DNA of 64,000 nucleotides. Source: Thermoproteota archaeon. GTDB taxonomy: Archaea > Korarchaeota > Korarchaeia > Korarchaeales > JAOZGB01. Below are positions 58,871 to 64,000 of the stretch, one piece after another; the stretch's first letter is position 1; each line of letters starts with the position of its first letter. The notes beneath the pieces were generated by a model, which saw only the letters and a program-made list of their open reading frames with translations, had not been told where the DNA came from and did no database searches. Location: assembly GCA_037917685.1 (NCBI GenBank), contig JAVCBU010000003.1:221320-285319 (forward strand), written 5' to 3'. A program made the position numbers and the translations under genes.

Positions 58871-61800
58871 ATGGATAGACCCACAGTTGAAATTGGTACA
58901 AGTATTGAGATTAGCCTCCTAACCCTAACTACAATAGTACTCATCGGCATGGGCGGAATAACCATAGCCTACTCAAAATCGAAAATCTGTAGCATACCTT
59001 TGCAGGCATCAGACCCACCAGTCTTAGAAATAGCAGTGAAAGATCCAGGGGAGGTTTCCCTCTGTAGAATGGCAAACTATACAGTGACAATTCGGAATAT
59101 TGGTGACGGCAATGCTACAGATGTAAATATCACGGTGGAAATGCCGCAGGGATTCTGGTACGATTCAGGCTCATCAGAGATAAACGGCACGCCTACAGCT
59201 CCCGACCAGGATGGTAGAAACATTACGTGGCATCTAGATTTAATCAGGCCTGGTGAAGCATACATAATCACGTTTAACATGACGGCTGGATGTAAAGCCC
59301 ATGTAGAAGCTGCATTCAGGGTCATAGGGGAGTATCTAGACGAGTCCGGCAATGAGTATTCTACCGTCGCCCAATCAGATGTTATAAAGGTGAGAAAGCC
59401 TAGCTTAACAATTCAAAAAGTCCCAGTCATCCAGTCTGCCTATAAGTGGGATACTGTAACGTGGACAATAAAGGTTAAGAATACAGGTCTAGCCCAAGCC
59501 GATAATGTAACCATAATAGACTCGTTAGGGGCTGGACTCACACTCGTATCGTCAAATCCAAATATTGATGGAACCCTCCCTAATGGGTCGGTTTACTGGA
59601 AAAATATACATCTGGATGTAGGCGAAGAATACGATATAACATTAACCGTAGTTGTGTCAGGCTGCGAGGATGTTTACGACGATGCCAGGGCATACGTCAC
59701 GTGTGGAGGCCAAACATGTGATTCAGCTTCTGCAACGGCGTCAGTCAGCCTAACCATTAGGGAGCCAAAAATGAAGGTTGAAGGCTTAACAGTTCAACCT
59801 CCAACCGTGTCGCCCTGCACTCCATCAACAGTGACTGTTACTCTTAAAAACGATGGAGATGGAACAGCATACGATCTAAATAGCACATTCATTCTACCCC
59901 CCGGGCTGAATTACCAACCCGGCACCGGGATTCCAACGCCGGAAATAGATGGAAACAAGCTAATATTTCATTTAGGGGATATTGGAGCTGGAGAATCGGT
60001 AGATATCAAGTTTAATGTCACGGCGGATTGCGGCGTGCAGGGTTCAGCTCTCATCTTAAATCAGCAGGAATACCTTGATGAGTGTGGCGTATATTGGTAT
60101 CCCCCTGTAGCATTCCTAACTATTAACATGGCTTCACCTTCAATCTCCATCTCGAAAACCGGCCCACACGAGGTATTAAATGTCAGTAGTGGAGAAGTGT
60201 ATACTATAACCGTTACATGCAGCGGCCTACAATACTGTGGTAATCCAAGAGTAATAATTGAAGATGAGATACCTGAAATGCTTGAGTATGTGGGAGCCGA
60301 TATACCGCCAAACACCACACAGGGAAACATGCTTATCTGGAATCTCGCAGCTAGGGATACGATAACAATACATGTTACTCTTAAACCATCTCCACAGGCA
60401 AGCTGCGGGCGGCATGGTTTCAACAATGTATATGCAACACTCTACTGCTGCCCGGCATGCTCAGCCTCAAGTTCAGACAGCTACTCAATAAGAATTGTCT
60501 GCTCAACCCCTTCCGACTGCTTCATGATAAGAACCTATACAAACGTATCTAGCGTCGAACCTTGTAAAGCGGTAAACTACACGTCAACAATAGATTTCAG
60601 CGTAGACAGCGTAAACTCAACATTATCAAACATGATCTACTCACATTGCGAAGAGACCGGTCTTAAAGAGGAGTACCTTGGGCCAACATACCTATACCTT
60701 CCGAACGGAACTAGGCGAGCCATCAACCCCACCATGGTAACTGATACATGTATAGTATGGAACCTAAGCATGTTAAACTTCATTGTTAACAGTGGAGACC
60801 AGCTAAGAATAACATATAACCTGCTGGTTAAATGCTCAGCAGCAGGATACATGCATGACCGAACAGGATTCTCGATGGACGCGAAAAACTCAGCCGGGCA
60901 ATCGTTGAACTGTTCAGGCACGGTCCACCACGCAAAATACATAGATATTAATAGGCCATCTATGTCCATCTATGAGAATCCACCGCTTACGGTAAACTTA
61001 TGCTCTAACCAAACTAGGAAGCTATACATTACGGGAGCCACGGTTGATAGCCCCGGATACAATGTAGAGGTGAGGGCGTACATCCCAGCCGGGTTTACCC
61101 CTGTCTCACTGCAGTCTAACATAACTTTCAATAATGGAACATCTCTCATTGCTAACGCGTATATGGAGGGAAATATTCTCATATGGAACAAGACAAATGT
61201 GGGTCAGTTGTCAAAAGTCACATGCGGCTTCACAGTCACCTTTAACCTTACATCATGTTGCGATACGTCAACATTCAACTATAAATCTGAACTCTACTAT
61301 GAAGACTACTGTGAATACAGCGGAAACTGCCAGGCAGGCTGCGTATGTTCCCATACAGTATCATATAGTAGTGGAAACATCTACACTTTGAAGCCTATTC
61401 TCCTATTAAGCAAGATGCCTGAAATAGTCTACGCAGCCTCAAATGAGGTAACTTGGCAGCTTGAAGTTTCAAACAGGGGGAATGGGACATGCTACAGCCC
61501 TGAAATAGTGGATAATCTAGGGCCTGGACTTATATTCGTATCTGCAGATACTCCTCCCGGATGGGGATACACGGTTTCAGCCGATAGAAAAACGGTTATA
61601 TTCAAAAATGACACGTTTAGCCCGGGAGAAACCGTTATATTCAGGATTACAGCCAAAATGACAGGTTGTACCGGGCTCTATAATAATGTCACTGTCAGAT
61701 GGGGATGCTGTGGAGAATATTGTCAGGTGGTTAACGATAGCTCCTCGATAGTAGTCCCAAATGGGAAGCTTCAGGCGATAGATAGTATTGTGCCTGAAGT

Positions 61801-64000
61801 TGTAGATTTCTGCGGCGAAGCCAATGTAACACTGCTTATAAAGAACGTGGGGATAGTAGACATCTACAATTTAACCGTTAAATACGCTATGCCAGCATGC
61901 TTCTACTATGATAGCAGTGTCCAGGCCCACGTGTACAATTCTACAGTTAGATATTCATTTTCCCCAAATCAGACAGCGCCTGACGGTTCATGGGCCCTAT
62001 GGAACTTCACAGGAACAGTTTTCGATGTCTTAAAGGTCGGTGAATCTCTTAACATAACGTTTAACGTGACTGCAAGCTGCCCATGTAACAATGGGGGAGG
62101 ATACTCAGAACTATACATCACATACTATAAGCCATGCAACGAGCAGGCTCCCCCAGTCATCCTTCATGGAACCGCAAGATACAGGATGCTAACACCTAAT
62201 TTACAAATAGAGGCGCCGAGCTATGTCTGCGGAGAGCCTGGAGATACAATCTGGTGGAACCTGACAGTAGTAAATCAGGGGGAGGGAACAGCTGAATATG
62301 TAAATGTGACAGTTGAGCTTCCAAGCACCGTCTCATACAACGGCGCACAGCCAACGCCAGACATTGTTAATGGGCAAGTATTGGGATGGGTCAGCCAACG
62401 TAGAGGAGGATCAATGCCGGATCTTAAACCCGGAGAATCATTTAAAATAAACGTCAGCCTAAACGTTGCAGGATGCGAATATAAAGGCTACATCCATGTT
62501 GGGGTGGAAGACGGCTGTGAAGCTTGCACCTACGAGGAGAAATGGTTTAATGAAACATCCTATATCCACAGCAAGGTTAGAAGGCCTTCGATTACCGACG
62601 TACACAACACTATAAACGCGTGTGGAAATGCAACCTGGAGCTTTAGAGTTAGGAATAGAGACCCATGTCTAAACCTATACGCAGCAACCGTTAACATAGG
62701 CGGTTCAACATGTTATAACTATACGGTGCAGGATAACCTGCCAGACGATGTTAATCCGGTTAGCTCTCCAAGTTTGGCGGAAAACTCAAAAATATACTAC
62801 CATAATAGTACAGGAACATACAACGTTCCCGTTTACCCATATGGCACTACTCCTACACCGCTCCCCCAAATGTTTGCATGGGTGCGCCAGGTCGGCAACA
62901 GTCTACAGTGGATGGTTTATGCTGAAACAGCTAATCCACTACCCCCAGGCGGATACCTCGAGTTCGAATATAATGTTACATCAGCTTCCTGCGATCTCCA
63001 TAGGCAGATGCATACAATAACCACCTATAATTTCAAAGATGCATGTGAAAACTCGAGGGATGTGTCAAAGGATGTAACCGATCGAGTGAAGCTTCCCTCG
63101 ATTACGGTTTCAAAGACGCCAAGCAGTCAATACGCAGATCTCTACAGCATAGTATGCTGGGACATCATAGTTAGAAATGTTGGGAACGGTACAGCTTACA
63201 ATGTAACAGTATTCGACACCCTATGTCCCTCCTTATCCTTCGATTCTAACAGTCAATCTCAGACCCATCCTGCATGGGACACGGTTAAAATACTGGCTAA
63301 CGGGTCAACTGTGATATACTGGAGGAATATAGAAATACCAGCCGGCGGGATGCTTCAGATACATGTATGTGCGAACATCACAGCCTGCCCGGTCCCTCCA
63401 AGCCATCCCTACAATAATGTCTATGCTATATGGAGCTGCGATAACAAATGCAATTCATCTGAGGTTGCCCACGCCCATGCAGATGTCTATATGCATGGTG
63501 TCCCCTCCCCGCTCTCTAAATCCCCAACCAAGTTTGACGTGTGTGGAAACCAAACTGTAAACATAACTGTTCATAATATAGGGGCTACAATCTTCGGATT
63601 CTGCATAAATGAAACCCTCCCATACGGGCTAGAACCATTAAACAGAGATGCGAATGGAAATGTGAAAGCTAACATAACGATAGACGGATCAACATACATA
63701 AATGTACCCAGCAACAGAACCTACGTCTCCAACACCTACACGATAATAATCTGGAATCTAACCAGGTTAAGAGTGCCTCAAAACACGGATATGAGCTTAT
63801 TCTTCAGGGTTCATGTAAACTGCAGCTTTCACGACAGTATAGAAACAGTCAATTTAACATACTGGGATTCATGCGGCGAAAAGCATAGTTTATGGAGAAG
63901 CGATAACCTACGCAGGCTTGCCCCGGATGTAACTCAAAGCTACAAGGAAAAGGTGAACCCTCCCGGCAGACCGGAGAGGTTTGAGATAGTAACCTGGAAG
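58871..64000 (+). CDS. Giant Cys-rich DUF11/Ig-like repeat cell-surface protein (>1,710 aa, 3' end outside window)
   Basis: ATG 58871, N-terminal TM, repeated YTVTIRNIGDG/WTIKVKNTG..IIDSL/WDIIVRNVGNG..VFDTL. Same frame at all points checked through ..FEIVTWK at 64000; absent from the ORF track because it has no stop. Confidence 0.88.
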   Translation, partial: MDRPTVEIGTSIEISLLTLTTIVLIGMGGITIAYSKSKICSIPLQASDPPVLEIAVKDPGEVSLCRMANYTVTIRNIGDGNATDVNITVEMPQGFWYDSGSSEINGTPTAPDQDGRNITWHLDLIRPGEAYIITFNMTAGCKAHVEAAFRVIGEYLDESGNEYSTVAQSDVIKVRKPSLTIQKVPVIQSAYKWDTVTWTIKVKNTGLAQADNVTIIDSLGAGLTLVSSNPNIDGTLPNGSVYWKNIHLDVGEEYDITLTVVVSGCEDVYDDARAYVTCGGQTCDSASATASVSLTIREPKMKVEGLTVQPPTVSPCTPSTVTVTLKNDGDGTAYDLNSTFILPPGLNYQPGTGIPTPEIDGNKLIFHLGDIGAGESVDIKFNVTADCGVQGSALILNQQEYLDECGVYWYPPVAFLTINMASPSISISKTGPHEVLNVSSGEVYTITVTCSGLQYCGNPRVIIEDEIPEMLEYVGADIPPNTTQGNMLIWNLAARDTITIHVTLKPSPQASCGRHGFNNVYATLYCCPACSASSSDSYSIRIVCSTPSDCFMIRTYTNVSSVEPCKAVNYTSTIDFSVDSVNSTLSNMIYSHCEETGLKEEYLGPTYLYLPNGTRRAINPTMVTDTCIVWNLSMLNFIVNSGDQLRITYNLLVKCSAAGYMHDRTGFSMDAKNSAGQSLNCSGTVHHAKYIDINRPSMSIYENPPLTVNLCSNQTRKLYITGATVDSPGYNVEVRAYIPAGFTPVSLQSNITFNNGTSLIANAYMEGNILIWNKTNVGQLSKVTCGFTVTFNLTSCCDTSTFNYKSELYYEDYCEYSGNCQAGCVCSHTVSYSSGNIYTLKPILLLSKMPEIVYAASNEVTWQLEVSNRGNGTCYSPEIVDNLGPGLIFVSADTPPGWGYTVSADRKTVIFKNDTFSPGETVIFRITAKMTGCTGLYNNVTVRWGCCGEYCQVVNDSSSIVVPNGKLQAIDSIVPEVVDFCGEANVTLLIKNVGIVDIYNLTVKYAMPACFYYDSSVQAHVYNSTVRYSFSPNQTAPDGSWALWNFTGTVFDVLKVGESLNITFNVTASCPCNNGGGYSELYITYYKPCNEQAPPVILHGTARYRMLTPNLQIEAPSYVCGEPGDTIWWNLTVVNQGEGTAEYVNVTVELPSTVSYNGAQPTPDIVNGQVLGWVSQRRGGSMPDLKPGESFKINVSLNVAGCEYKGYIHVGVEDGCEACTYEEKWFNETSYIHSKVRRPSITDVHNTINACGNATWSFRVRNRDPCLNLYAATVNIGGSTCYNYTVQDNLPDDVNPVSSPSLAENSKIYYHNSTGTYNVPVYPYGTTPTPLPQMFAWVRQVGNSLQWMVYAETANPLPPGGYLEFEYNVTSASCDLHRQMHTITTYNFKDACENSRDVSKDVTDRVKLPSITVSKTPSSQYADLYSIVCWDIIVRNVGNGTAYNVTVFDTLCPSLSFDSNSQSQTHPAWDTVKILANGSTVIYWRNIEIPAGGMLQIHVCANITACPVPPSHPYNNVYAIWSCDNKCNSSEVAHAHADVYMHGVPSPLSKSPTKFDVCGNQTVNITVHNIGATIFGFCINETLPYGLEPLNRDANGNVKANITIDGSTYINVPSNRTYVSNTYTIIIWNLTRLRVPQNTDMSLFFRVHVNCSFHDSIETVNLTYWDSCGEKHSLWRSDNLRRLAPDVTQSYKEKVNPPGRPERFEIVTWK

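Noticed and set aside
59077-63560. Short ORFs listed by the track in this interval
   Set aside because: All are antisense or off-frame shadows of the giant DUF11 gene.

Overview
A 64-kb window from an archaeon, most likely a thermophilic TACK/Thermoproteota lineage. This is inferred from a form III RuBisCO, tungsten AOR, a PaREP1 gene, a CFI-box-CTERM protein, TATA-like promoters and a C/D-box sRNA. The first ~45 kb is mostly metabolic and transport genes. These include the 3' end of RuBisCO, AOR with its ferredoxin, a ROK kinase, a DHH phosphoesterase, an orphan cas6, one intact and one deleted ECF transporter, mtaD+ahcY, a nickel NikMNQO ECF with a NikR-type box, NapG/NapH-like proteins, PrsW, an FG-GAP/transglutaminase protein, a divergent MtnA, a radical SAM enzyme and TsaA. 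48.9-54.8 kb is an accessory island with three vapBC pairs, PaREP1, a TnpB relic and repeats. The window ends in a >1,700-aa Cys-rich DUF11-repeat surface protein that the ORF track misses because it runs off the edge. The best candidate for an undescribed system is 8.4-14.0 kb. It contains a CstA permease, a CCDC47/DUF1682-like membrane protein, an unknown protein, two paralogous small proteins and a coupled pair of Get3/ArsA ATPases. One of these ATPases naturally carries the hydrolysis-dead Asp->Asn Switch I change. No rRNA, tRNA or canonical CRISPR array was seen. All family calls come from motif recognition by eye, not database searches.
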